A DNA stretch of 32,000 nt from Schaalia odontolytica (GTDB taxonomy: Bacteria > Actinomycetota > Actinomycetes > Actinomycetales > Actinomycetaceae), in assembly GCF_005696695.1 (NCBI RefSeq), contig NZ_CP040006.1, positions 60,001-92,000 on the forward strand, in the 5' to 3' direction. Both the position numbers and the translations under genes were made by a program. This document shows positions 14,872 through 23,320 of this stretch, piece by piece (within the stretch, counting starts at the first letter, position 1; every line of letters starts with the position of its first letter). The notes beneath the pieces are model-generated. The model was not told the DNA's origin. It saw nothing but the letters and a program-made list of their open reading frames with translations, and did not search any database.

Positions 14872-16977
14872 GTGTCCGGGGACGAGGCCATGGTCGGGTC
14901 GGGGGCGGTGCGCCCCCGGCCGGGGCTGGCCCACGGGTGGACGCAGGGGCCGGCGGCGGAGGACGCATCGGTGCTGGCCCGCACGGACGTGCGAAGCGGC
15001 GGGCACCGAGCCGGCTACCCGATTCACATGCTGGTCGTGGGCGACGACTCGCGCTCGATTGCCGCGCCCGTGACGAGGGATCTGGCGCATGCTTTCCCGG
15101 GCCTGTGTCTGGACCGTATCGATGGGATCGAGGACCTGGCCGGCTACGAGGCCAGCCTGAAGCCGGGCGACCACGTGCTGATGGGCCTGGTGACCTCCGA
15201 GGTCGATGACATCGATGCGCTCATTGACCGGGCGAGGACCTTCCCGGCGATGCAGCGCATGCAGTGGGTGGTGGTGACGGATAAGTCCGAGCATCGCGAC
15301 CTGGCTCGGTGCATGCAGTCCTGCGCGCTCGCGTCTGTCTTGAAGTCCCCGTGGACGGTGCCGCTGCTGTCGGGTCAGGCGTATTCGACGATGGTGCGCT
15401 ACCTGCAGGGGTGCGGCTATTCGGATAGGCAGATCCGCTCGCTCATCGCCGATCCGCCGCCTTTCGCCGTGCAGGGTCCGCTCTTGGAGGGCCTGGACCG
15501 CGACGAGCACGCGGTCGTCATGGAGCTCCTCGCCGGCGTCGAGCGCGTGCTCGGCCAGAGGCCTCGGCTGATTGTCCCCGAGGGGACGCAGCTGGTGACC
15601 CAGGGCGAGCCGGTGGGCGCCGTCTACCTGGTGCTCGACGGTCAAGTGTCGCTGAACAGGGATTCCCCGCAGGGCGAGGTCTTGGCGCACCTGGCGTCGT
15701 CGGGACCGCTCATCGGCCTCGTGTCGCTGGCCCGCGCGGAGGACGCGTTTTTCACGGGCGAGACGGCGACCGAGGCGACGCTGGTGCGCCTGACGACCGA
15801 GCAGCTCCAGATCGTCATCTCTGAGGACCCGTCGATCGGCGCGACCCTGACGGCGCTTGCGATCCGCTCGCTGACGCGCCGCCTCATGCGCGCCGAGGAC
15901 CTTCACCTGCAAAACGCGATGCTCGCCGAGGACCTCGAGGCCCAGAAGGAGGCCCTGGCCGCCACTCTTGAGGACCTGCGCGCCACCCGCGCCGAGCTGG
16001 TCGAACGCGCGCGCTTCGCGATGCTTGGCGAGCTGAGCGCCGGTATCGCCCACGAGCTCAACAACCCGGTGACCGCCCTCGTGCGTGCCGCCAAGCATCT
16101 GCACGAGGATGTCGATGCGGCGCTCGCGGCACCGGCCACGGCCTCGTCGAGGGAGGCGATGGCCCGCGCCCTCACCGCGCCCCCGCGCTCCACGTCGGTT
16201 GAGCGCGCCCTCATGAAGGAGCTCCTGCCCGTCGTCGGTGACCGCACGCTCGCGCGGCGCCTTGTGCGCGCGGGGGTCCAGGGGGCGGACGGCGCGCGTG
16301 CGCTCGCGCAGATCCCGGGCGGTATCGACGCGTACGAGGCCGGGGCGCGCCTGGGCGGATCCCTGCGTTCGGTGCTCGCCGCGGGCGACCGCGTCATTGA
16401 GCTGACCCAGTCCCTGAAGGGCTACGCGCGCCCGGATGCCGAGGACCTCAAGCCCGTGGACGTGCGCGAGGGCATCGACGACGTCCTGCGCCTGACCGCC
16501 CACAGGGTGCGCGGTATCCGCATCGACTGCGACTACGAGGACGTGCCGCCCGTGTGTGCGCACCCGGCTAAGTTGCAGCAGGTGTGGACGAACCTCATCA
16601 TCAACGCGGCCGAGGCCATCGAGGACGAGAACGCCGACCTGGTCGCGGCAGCCGAGGCCTCGGGCGGCGTGCCTGAGCTGCCCGCCCGCGGCGAGGCCGA
16701 GGCCCTCATCCGCATCACCGTGCGTCCCACGCCCGAGGGCGTGAGCGTCACTATCCACGACAACGGCCCGGGCATCGACCCGGGAATCGTCGACAAGATT
16801 ATGGAGCCCCACTTCACCACCAAGGCGGGGCGCGTCCGATTCGGCCTGGGCATGGGCATGTCCATCGTCCGAAGCATCATTGCCGATCATGGGGGCACCC
16901 TCACGATCGATTCTCACCCGGGATCCACGATCATGCGGATCTCGATGCCCGCCCAACCACACGAGGAGGAATCATGA
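14872..16977 (+). CDS. Soluble sensor histidine kinase: REC-like N-terminal region, cNMP-binding-like domain, HisKA and HATPase_c
   Basis: ORF track 14872..16977 (GTG start). Later starts at ATG 14890 or 15028 are possible. I saw no hydrophobic TM stretch. cNMP-like barrel: ..EGTQLVTQGEPVGAVYLVLDGQVSLN..GPLIGLVSL... H box AGIAHELNNPV. N box NLIINAAEA. G1 box HDNGPGI. G2 box GLGMGMS. Confidence 0.8.
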   Translation: MSGDEAMVGSGAVRPRPGLAHGWTQGPAAEDASVLARTDVRSGGHRAGYPIHMLVVGDDSRSIAAPVTRDLAHAFPGLCLDRIDGIEDLAGYEASLKPGDHVLMGLVTSEVDDIDALIDRARTFPAMQRMQWVVVTDKSEHRDLARCMQSCALASVLKSPWTVPLLSGQAYSTMVRYLQGCGYSDRQIRSLIADPPPFAVQGPLLEGLDRDEHAVVMELLAGVERVLGQRPRLIVPEGTQLVTQGEPVGAVYLVLDGQVSLNRDSPQGEVLAHLASSGPLIGLVSLARAEDAFFTGETATEATLVRLTTEQLQIVISEDPSIGATLTALAIRSLTRRLMRAEDLHLQNAMLAEDLEAQKEALAATLEDLRATRAELVERARFAMLGELSAGIAHELNNPVTALVRAAKHLHEDVDAALAAPATASSREAMARALTAPPRSTSVERALMKELLPVVGDRTLARRLVRAGVQGADGARALAQIPGGIDAYEAGARLGGSLRSVLAAGDRVIELTQSLKGYARPDAEDLKPVDVREGIDDVLRLTAHRVRGIRIDCDYEDVPPVCAHPAKLQQVWTNLIINAAEAIEDENADLVAAAEASGGVPELPARGEAEALIRITVRPTPEGVSVTIHDNGPGIDPGIVDKIMEPHFTTKAGRVRFGLGMGMSIVRSIIADHGGTLTIDSHPGSTIMRISMPAQPHEEES

Positions 16978-17444
16978 CCCTGACAATCCTGTCCCTTGAG
17001 GACGAAGCAGACGTGCGCGACGCACTCGAGCGCGATCTTGAACAGTTCTGGGACAAGATCCGGCTCGAAGTCGCCGAGGACGTTGACGACGCGTGGGCCG
17101 TCATCGACGAGATCGTCGAGGACGGGGACGAGCTCGCGCTGGTGCTGTCCGACCATCGCCTGCCCGGAAAGTCGGGCGTGGATTTCCTCGTGGAGCTCAT
17201 GAAGGACGAGCGCTTCGGCGCGACCCGCACGGTCCTGGTCACCGGGCAGGCCGACCAGTCTGACACGATCCGCGCGGTCAACCAGGCGGGCCTGGACTAC
17301 TACATCGGCAAGCCCTGGAACCCCGAGGAGCTGCGCACGGTCGTACGCGACCAGCTCACCGAGTATGTCCTGGAGACCGACGTGGACCCCCTGCCCTACG
17401 TGAGCGTGCTCGACGGCGTGCGCGTCATGGAGGCAATTCGCTAA
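16974..17444 (+). CDS. Stand-alone response-regulator receiver protein (no output domain)
   Basis: The ATG at 16974 overlaps the kinase stop (ATGA). REC hallmarks: acidic pair in SLEDE, phospho-acceptor context LVLSDHRLPGKSG, T in VLVTGQA, K in IGKPW. The C-terminal tail is ~35 aa. Confidence 0.85.
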   Translation: MTLTILSLEDEADVRDALERDLEQFWDKIRLEVAEDVDDAWAVIDEIVEDGDELALVLSDHRLPGKSGVDFLVELMKDERFGATRTVLVTGQADQSDTIRAVNQAGLDYYIGKPWNPEELRTVVRDQLTEYVLETDVDPLPYVSVLDGVRVMEAIR

Positions 17445-17455
17445 ACCCTTGACAA

Positions 17456-17497
17456 AAGGGCCGCCGCACAACCAACGACGGTTGCGCGGTGGCCCTT
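17456..17497. terminator. Bidirectional hairpin terminator between convergent genes
   Basis: AAGGGCCGCCGCACAACC (17456-17473), loop AACGAC, GGTTGCGCGGTGGCCCTT (17480-17497). The 18-bp stem includes two G-U pairs. It lies between the stops at 17444 (+) and 17508 (-). Confidence 0.7.
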
Positions 17498-17507
17498 GTT
17501 GTCTCTG

Positions 17508-18161
17508 TCAGCCCTGGGCCTGCTGGCCCGGGTCGTTGCACATGGTGATGCCTTCGAAACCGGCCGCGCCCAGCACCTGGAAGATCTCGTCGAGGAGGAC
17601 CATCGGCTCGGCCGTGCCCGCCGCGAACTCGGGGTGGCGGATCTCGATGGCGGCCATCCCGCGAGGATCCGTGACTGGCTCGGTGTCGAACTTCTGGGAC
17701 AGTAGGAGGTTCGCCTCCTCCAGGTCAGCGGGGGAGCCGAACGCCCAGGTCACGGCCTTGTTGCCAGCGCCCGTGGGGGTGCGCTGAATATACATGCGCG
17801 TCATGAGGATATGGCGGCCGTGGCGGGGGAACACGTCGCCCACGCGGGTGAACAGCGCGATGTCCGCCAGGTCCCCGCCCAGCGACGAATCCACGAGCGC
17901 GTAGGCGTAGGCGCCGATGCCGCGCAGGGTGAGGGCGTCCGCGAGGAGGCCCATGACCTCGTCGTCGAAGGGCTCGGGCTGGAAGTACACGCCCTCGCCG
18001 ACCTCCGGCACGTCAGGGCCGAGGAGCGTGATGTCGAAGCCGGCGTCCGCCAGCGCGTCCCGCACGAGCGCAACGTTGTGCTCCGGGAAAGGGTGCAGCG
18101 CGGCCGCGTTCGCGGCGATGCGCTCGATAAACACGTAGGTGGAAAAACCAAGCTCAGCCAT
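17508..18161 (-). CDS. Hypothetical cytoplasmic protein (217 aa); no family recognised
   Basis: ORF track 17508..18194 (-). It is a long ORF with the codon bias of its neighbours and no TM or signal peptide. The start is either ATG 18161 (MAELGFSTYVF..) or ATG 18194, and neither has a clear SD. Confidence 0.55.
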   Translation of the reverse strand: MAELGFSTYVFIERIAANAAALHPFPEHNVALVRDALADAGFDITLLGPDVPEVGEGVYFQPEPFDDEVMGLLADALTLRGIGAYAYALVDSSLGGDLADIALFTRVGDVFPRHGRHILMTRMYIQRTPTGAGNKAVTWAFGSPADLEEANLLLSQKFDTEPVTDPRGMAAIEIRHPEFAAGTAEPMVLLDEIFQVLGAAGFEGITMCNDPGQQAQG

Positions 18162-18196
18162 GCGCTCATTGTAAGCGCGCGACAAGCACAGCATGC

Positions 18197-18258
18197 GACG
18201 AGGCCGTGGCGCCCCGGGCGGTCGTCAGGTGACCACGAGGGGAGGCCACGGCCTCGTC
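18197..18258. terminator. Long inverted repeat / hairpin between the nitroreductase pseudogene and the hypothetical gene
   Basis: GACGAGGCCGTGGC (18197-18210) and GCCACGGCCTCGTC (18245-18258) are perfect 14-bp arms with a 34-nt GC-rich spacer. The repeat starts 13 nt after the stop at 18271 on the minus strand. Confidence 0.5.
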
Positions 18259-18270
18259 AAGGAAGGAGAG

Positions 18271-19007
18271 TCAGCGCAGGCACAGGCCCTGTTCGTTGAG
18301 GACCTCCATGATGGGGGAGACGTGCGCGCCGCCCACGCCGATGTTGGTGGCGACCAGGTGCGAGAAGGACTCGAGGCGCGAGCCCGAGCGCAGGTCGTAG
18401 TACTCGGTGACCTCGCGGTCGTAGTCGGCCAGAGTCTCGGTGTAGGACTCGACGCGCGGGTAGGTGTTCTTCGCGGTCATGATGGACAGGGGCATGCGCG
18501 GCTTCTGGCCCGGATCCTGGTCCGGGTGGCCGACGAGCAGGCCGACGATCGGGAAGGTCAGCTCCGGCAGCTCCAGCGCCTTTACGACGGGGCGCGGATC
18601 GGCGAGGATCGAGCCGAGGTAGACGGTGCCCAGGCCCATCGACTCGGCGGCCACGACCACGTTCTGCGCGGCCAGGAGCGCGTCCTCCAGCGCCGTGAGG
18701 AACAGGTTGATAGACCCCAGGGCCTCCGAGGAGACGCCCTGCTCGGCGCGGATGCGGCTGTTGCGGTACAGGTCAGCGACGAAGATGAACAGGTCGCCCT
18801 TCGTGCCGCCCACGTAGGGCTGGCCGGAGGCAGCACCGATCGCCTCGCGCTGATGTGTAGGACCGTGCAGGACTGCAGGAACGAGGAGGTGGCGGTGTGG
18901 CGCGCCACGTCCATCAGCGTGGTGACCTCTTCCTCGGTGAGGGGCTGGTCCTTGTAGGCGCGGATCGTCCGGTGGGCGAGCTGGCTCGCAATCGTCTCGT
19001 TCGTCAT
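18271..19007 (-). pseudogene. nfsA: NfsA-like oxygen-insensitive NAD(P)H nitroreductase, disrupted by a frameshift near 18847-18851
   Basis: Two overlapping ORFs (18582..19007 and 18271..18813, minus strand) carry the N- and C-terminal halves. The first reads MTNETIASQLAHRTIRAYKDQPLTEEEV..TSSFLQSCTVLHIS. In another frame the second reads REAIGAASGQPYVGGTKGDLFIFVADLYRN..AAESMGLGTVYLGS..KPRMP... Both halves are collinear with E. coli NfsA as I recall it. Confidence 0.8.
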
Positions 19008-19030
19008 GCGTTCATTCTACGATTGGGTGC

Positions 19031-19966
19031 GTGAAACAGATAGAGCCTTTCGGTCCTTTTGCGCTGGCAGCAAACGTCACCCCCGTCGCCGTCCCCTCCC
19101 CGGCCGGCGAGCTCAGTGGCCTGCTGACCGGCCCGAGCGCCCCCGCCCTCGTCGATGGCACGCCTGCGATCTCGGCGGTGTCGGCCCCGGGTGGCGCGGG
19201 GGAGAACCGCGCGCTCCTCGTCCCCGGCTACACGGGATCCAAGGAAGACTACTCGACCGTCCTGCCGTTCCTCGGGGAGGCGGGATGGGACGTCCTCGCG
19301 TACTCGCAACGAGGCCAGGGCGGGTCCGCCGCGCCCGCCGGCCTGGGCGCGTATGGGATGAGCGACTTTGTCGGTGACCTCATCGCCGTCGCCGAGGCCT
19401 GGGCCGGGACCACGGGTCGCGTGCACCTCGTGGGCCACTCCTTCGGCGGCATCGTCGCGCGCGCGGCCGTCGTCAAGCGCCCCGACCTCTTCGCCTCCGT
19501 CACCCTGTTCTGCTCGGGCCGGGCTGTCTACGACTGGATGAACACCCTGCCGATTCTCGACCCCCTGCCCACGGGCCCCGGCGCGCGCCAGCAGGTGCTG
19601 CGCACCTACTTCCCGGACATGAACTTTGACGAACCCGGCGTCGGATGGGCAGAATTTCAACGTATTCGCGCGCTGGACACGGCCTCGGAAAACCTGGTGG
19701 GCATCGCCCGCATCCTCTCCCAGCTGCGCCCCGACACCCCGGCGCTCGCGGCCACGGGCGTGCCCGTGCATGTGCTGTACGGGGACCAGGACGAGATCTG
19801 GCCGCCCTCGTGGTACGCCGAGGAGGCCGCCGACCTGGGGGCCCGCGAGAGCATCATTCGAGGGGGCACGCACAGCCCGCAGTTGCAGTTCCCGCAGCAG
19901 TGGGCGGAGTTAGCCAGCTCCTACTGGGCGGACGTGGAGTCGGGGGCGCTGGTCTGGTCCATGTGA
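19031..19966 (+). CDS. Alpha/beta-fold hydrolase
   Basis: ORF track 19031..19966 (GTG start). Nucleophile elbow VGHSFGG, oxyanion-region LVPGYTGSKEDY and a C-terminal His region (GGTHSP). Only 23 nt separate this start from the divergent nitroreductase start, so the true start may lie further downstream. Confidence 0.78.
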   Translation: MKQIEPFGPFALAANVTPVAVPSPAGELSGLLTGPSAPALVDGTPAISAVSAPGGAGENRALLVPGYTGSKEDYSTVLPFLGEAGWDVLAYSQRGQGGSAAPAGLGAYGMSDFVGDLIAVAEAWAGTTGRVHLVGHSFGGIVARAAVVKRPDLFASVTLFCSGRAVYDWMNTLPILDPLPTGPGARQQVLRTYFPDMNFDEPGVGWAEFQRIRALDTASENLVGIARILSQLRPDTPALAATGVPVHVLYGDQDEIWPPSWYAEEAADLGARESIIRGGTHSPQLQFPQQWAELASSYWADVESGALVWSM

Positions 19967-20025
19967 TGTGGGAGGGTGTGACATCGTCCCAAAACGGGCC
20001 TTGTGATGCATATCTGTGAGGATGG

Positions 20026-20445
20026 ATGCTTAGTATGGTGTTTATGAACAAGCGTTCCATCCTTACTGCAGTGCTGGCGCTCGGCCTGGGCATCTCCGCC
20101 CTGACCGGCTGCGCCACCGATTCCGATTCCGCTCACTCCTATGTGACCCCGAAGGACGTCAAGACGGTCGAGCGTCCCATCGCTCAGATCGACGAACACG
20201 GCATCAAGGTCCCCGAGAAGCGCGACCTGAAGATCAAGCTGGCCGACTCCGACAAGGCCGCCAAGTGGAAGATCGAGGTCTCTGACCCCACGGCCCTCGA
20301 GGTCGGCAAGTCCGAGAAGAACGTCGTCACCCTGCACCCGCTGCGTGCGCTGGGCGAGGACGACGACCCGGTCACCGTGAGCCTGACCGATCCGGACGGC
20401 ATCACGACCGACTTCAAGGTGACCATCACCCAGGGTGCCAACTGA
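20026..20445 (+). CDS. Small secreted lipoprotein, function unknown
   Basis: ORF track 20026..20445. Signal peptide plus lipobox ..MNKRSILTAVLALGLGISALTGC. GAGGA lies upstream of ATG 20026; an alternative start is ATG 20044. Confidence 0.65.
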   Translation: MLSMVFMNKRSILTAVLALGLGISALTGCATDSDSAHSYVTPKDVKTVERPIAQIDEHGIKVPEKRDLKIKLADSDKAAKWKIEVSDPTALEVGKSEKNVVTLHPLRALGEDDDPVTVSLTDPDGITTDFKVTITQGAN

Positions 20446-20465
20446 TTCCATACTGACAACGCTGT

Positions 20466-20496
20466 GGGCCCAGGATCTGCGGATCCTGGGCCCTTT
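20466..20496 (+). terminator. Rho-independent terminator of the lipoprotein gene
   Basis: GGGCCCAGGATC (20466-20477), loop TGCG, GATCCTGGGCCC (20482-20493), followed by TTT. Confidence 0.72.
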
Positions 20497-20522
20497 GCGT
20501 TGCCTCGTGCGGGAGACCGGAA

Positions 20523-20553
20523 GCGGGGCACCCGTGGTGTGTCGGTGCCCCGC
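20523..20553 (-). terminator. Hairpin terminator after the amino-acid ABC operon
   Basis: GCGGGGCACC (20523-20532) pairs with GGTGCCCCGC (20544-20553). The hairpin begins 8 nt beyond the stop at 20561-20563 on the minus strand. Confidence 0.55.
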
Positions 20554-20560
20554 CCGGTCG

Positions 20561-21340
20561 TTAGTGCAGAATGCGCGCCAGGAAGTCCCTGGTGGCTTGC
20601 TCGCGCGGGTTATCGATGACCTGCTCGGGCGGGCCCTGTTCGACGATCTGTCCGTTTCGCAGGAACACGACGCGGTCTGCCGCCTGGCGGGCGAAGCTGA
20701 TCTCGTGCGTCGCCATGAGGATGGTCGAGCCCTGCTCCTTGATCTCACGCACAAGGTCCAGGACCTCGCCGACGAGGACCGGGTCCAGTGCCGCCGTGAT
20801 CTCGTCCAGGAGGAGCAGCTCCGGGTTCGTGGCGAGCGCGCGTGCGATGGCGACGCGCTGCTGCTGGCCGCCCGAGAGGCGATCCGGGTACTCCTTCGCC
20901 TTGTCCTTCAAGCCGATGCGGTCCAGCAGCTCCATGCCGCGCTCGTGCGCGCGTTCCTTCTTCCAGCCGTGCACCTTGCGGGCCGCGAGCGTCACGTTGT
21001 CCAGCACCGACATGTGCGGGAACAGGTTGTAGTGCTGGAACACGACGCCAATGCGCGCGCGGATCTGATCCGCGTTCGCGCGCGGGTCCGTGATGTCCTC
21101 GCCAGCCAGGAAGATCTGGCCGTCGTCGACCCGCTCCAGCAGGTTCGCGCAGCGCAGCAGCGTCGACTTACCCGAGCCCGAAGCGCCCAGAAGGACCACG
21201 ACCTCGTGCGCTGCGACGTCCAGGTCCAGGCCGCGCAGGACGACGTTGTCGCCGAAGCGCTTGACGACGCCGACGGCGCGCAGAACCGGGGTGGTGTTGT
21301 CCGAGGCGGGGGAGGCCTCGTTCATCGTGGGGACCGACAT
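20561..21340 (-). CDS. Polar amino-acid ABC transporter ATP-binding protein (GlnQ/ArtP type)
   Basis: ORF track 20561..21340 (-). Motifs: GASGSGKST, ..VFQHYNLFPHMSVLDNV.., LSGGQQQRVAIARALA, LLLLDEITAALDP. Confidence 0.9.
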   Translation of the reverse strand: MSVPTMNEASPASDNTTPVLRAVGVVKRFGDNVVLRGLDLDVAAHEVVVLLGASGSGKSTLLRCANLLERVDDGQIFLAGEDITDPRANADQIRARIGVVFQHYNLFPHMSVLDNVTLAARKVHGWKKERAHERGMELLDRIGLKDKAKEYPDRLSGGQQQRVAIARALATNPELLLLDEITAALDPVLVGEVLDLVREIKEQGSTILMATHEISFARQAADRVVFLRNGQIVEQGPPEQVIDNPREQATRDFLARILH

Positions 21341-22212
21341 CAGACGGTGCCTCCCATCTGCTCGCGCTTACGCAGTCGGGCCGTGTACCAGTCCGACAGG
21401 CGAATGAAGGGGAACGACAAAATGATGAACAGCAGGCCGGCGACGACGTAGGACGTCATGTTGTAGGTCTTGGCCTGGACCATCTGCGCCGAACGGATCG
21501 CGTCGACCGCGCCCAGGACCGAGATTAGGCCGACGTCCTTCTGCATGGAAATGAAGTCGTTCATGAGGGCGGGCGTGACCTTGCGGATCGCCTGCGGCAC
21601 GATGATCATGCGCAGCGTCTGCCCGTGAGACAGGCCCAGCGAGCGTGCCGCGTAACGCTGGGAGGGGTGGACGGAGTCCAGGCCCGCGCGCAGCACCTCG
21701 GCGACGTACGAGGAGTACGTGAGGATCAGCGCGACCGTGCCCAGGAACGCGGTCGGGATGCGCGTCGTCGGGTTGAGCGCGGGAATGCCGAAGCCGATCA
21801 GATAGAGGACGACCAGGAAGGGGACGCCTCGGAAAATATCCGTGTACGCGGCCGCCAGGAAGCGGATCGGGAAGAACACGGGACCGGCCAGCGTGCGCGC
21901 GGCCGCGAGCAGAGTCGCGAAGACGGCGACGCCCAGCACCGAGATCAGCAGGATCCGGATGTTGAGCCACAGGCCGGACAGGACCTGGGGGAAGGCCTCG
22001 ACGAAGTACTTGCCGTTGAAGAAGGTGTTGCGGGTGGCCTCCCACCCGTCGGAGTTGACGACCACGGCGATGAGGACTCCCGCGACCACGATCGTGGAAG
22101 CCAGGGAGATGAGAATCGACCGGACCGTCTGCTTGCGTCGATAAGCGCGGCGGCCACGCTCCACCGCCGAAACGGTGAGCGTGGCCGCCGCGTTACTTGA
22201 GTAGTCACTCAT
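21340..22212 (-). CDS. Polar amino-acid ABC transporter permease (HisM/GlnP type)
   Basis: ORF track 21340..22212 (-). Membrane protein with an EAA-like loop region (..YAARSLGLSHGQTLRMIIVPQAIRKVTP..). The stop overlaps the ATPase start by 1 nt. Confidence 0.88.
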   Translation of the reverse strand: MSDYSSNAAATLTVSAVERGRRAYRRKQTVRSILISLASTIVVAGVLIAVVVNSDGWEATRNTFFNGKYFVEAFPQVLSGLWLNIRILLISVLGVAVFATLLAAARTLAGPVFFPIRFLAAAYTDIFRGVPFLVVLYLIGFGIPALNPTTRIPTAFLGTVALILTYSSYVAEVLRAGLDSVHPSQRYAARSLGLSHGQTLRMIIVPQAIRKVTPALMNDFISMQKDVGLISVLGAVDAIRSAQMVQAKTYNMTSYVVAGLLFIILSFPFIRLSDWYTARLRKREQMGGTV

Positions 22213-22224
22213 GAGTGTGGGGCC

Positions 22225-23088
22225 TCACTTGAGGGTGGGCACGTTCTGTGCCTCGTTCAGCCACTTTTCCTGCAGCTCGGCGAGCTTGCCGGATGAGGCC
22301 AGGCGATCGACAGCGGCGGAGACCGTGGGGGTGAGCTTGGAGCCCTTGGGCAGGACGATGCCGTACTCCTCGCCGCCCGTCGTGTCGTCGAACTGGCCGA
22401 TGATGACGCCGTCATCGATCTGCGCGGAGACCATGTAGAACGCGGTCGGCAGGTCGACGATGATCGCGTCCACGCGGCCCGTCTGCAGGGCCAGGACCGT
22501 GTCGTCGGAGGAGTTGAACATCTGCAGCTTCTGGCTGAGGCCGGACTCCAGGTGATCGGAGGCGAACTGCTGAGAGGTGGTGCCCGCCTGGACGCCGATG
22601 AGCACGTCCTTGAGGTCAGCGATGGACTTCGCGTCGGCGGCCGGGGTGCCGGCCTTCGTGATGATTGCCGAGGTGGTCGTGTAGTACGGGGACGTGAAGT
22701 CGACGGCGTTCTTACGCTCGTCGGTGATGGAGAACTGCTGAATGTTCAGGTCCCAGTCTTTGGCGCCGGGCGTGATCGACGCGTCGAAGGTGGCGCGCAC
22801 CCACTGGACGTTGTCGGCGGTGTAGCCGAGTTCCTCGGCCAGGGCGTAGATGACGGCGGACTCGTAGCCTTCGCCCGAGGCCGGGTCGTTGTCCAGGATC
22901 CACGGCGAGTAAGCGGGATCGGAGGTGGCGACGGTGAGCTTGCCTTCCGTCACGGTCGGCAGCGCGCCGGGGCCGTAGGTCTGCTCGGCGTCGGCGGAAG
23001 AAGAAGAGCTCGTGCCGCCCGTGCAGGCGGCCAGGCCGAGGGCCGCGATGGCGGCAACGGCAGCGAGGGAACGGACAGAGCGGCGCAT
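22225..23088 (-). CDS. Polar amino-acid ABC substrate-binding lipoprotein
   Basis: ORF track 22225..23178 (-). Start trimmed to ATG 23088 (GGGAGG upstream), giving MRRSVRSLAAVAAIAALGLAAC. The body is PBP type 2-like (..DWDLNIQQFSITDERKNAVDFTSPYY..). Confidence 0.85.
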   Translation of the reverse strand: MRRSVRSLAAVAAIAALGLAACTGGTSSSSSADAEQTYGPGALPTVTEGKLTVATSDPAYSPWILDNDPASGEGYESAVIYALAEELGYTADNVQWVRATFDASITPGAKDWDLNIQQFSITDERKNAVDFTSPYYTTTSAIITKAGTPAADAKSIADLKDVLIGVQAGTTSQQFASDHLESGLSQKLQMFNSSDDTVLALQTGRVDAIIVDLPTAFYMVSAQIDDGVIIGQFDDTTGGEEYGIVLPKGSKLTPTVSAAVDRLASSGKLAELQEKWLNEAQNVPTLK

Positions 23089-23285
23089 GGGGCCTCCCGG
23101 TGACGTGGGGGATTCCGCCTTGTGGGCGGGTCTGACTCGATGAGAGTATCGGTGCGCCGAAAAATGCGCTGGCGTCATTTCGCTGCACGAAACAATGGAA
23201 CGAGGTCTGGGCTGGGGAAACGTTGGAATCGTTGGGGTTTCGTGGGGTTGGGGGATGGGACACAGTGCCGCGTGGGTATGCGAAA

Positions 23286-23310
23286 GGGCCGGGCCGCGCC
23301 GGCCCGGCCC
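23286..23310 (-). terminator. Hairpin after the 50-codon gene
   Basis: GGGCCGGGCC (23286-23295) pairs with GGCCCGGCCC (23301-23310), a perfect 10-bp stem. It lies 10 nt beyond the stop at 23321-23323 on the minus strand. The flank (GGGTATGCGAAAGGG) resembles the one next to the paralog at 27045-27060. Confidence 0.55.
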
Positions 23311-23320
23311 TCCCGTCAGA

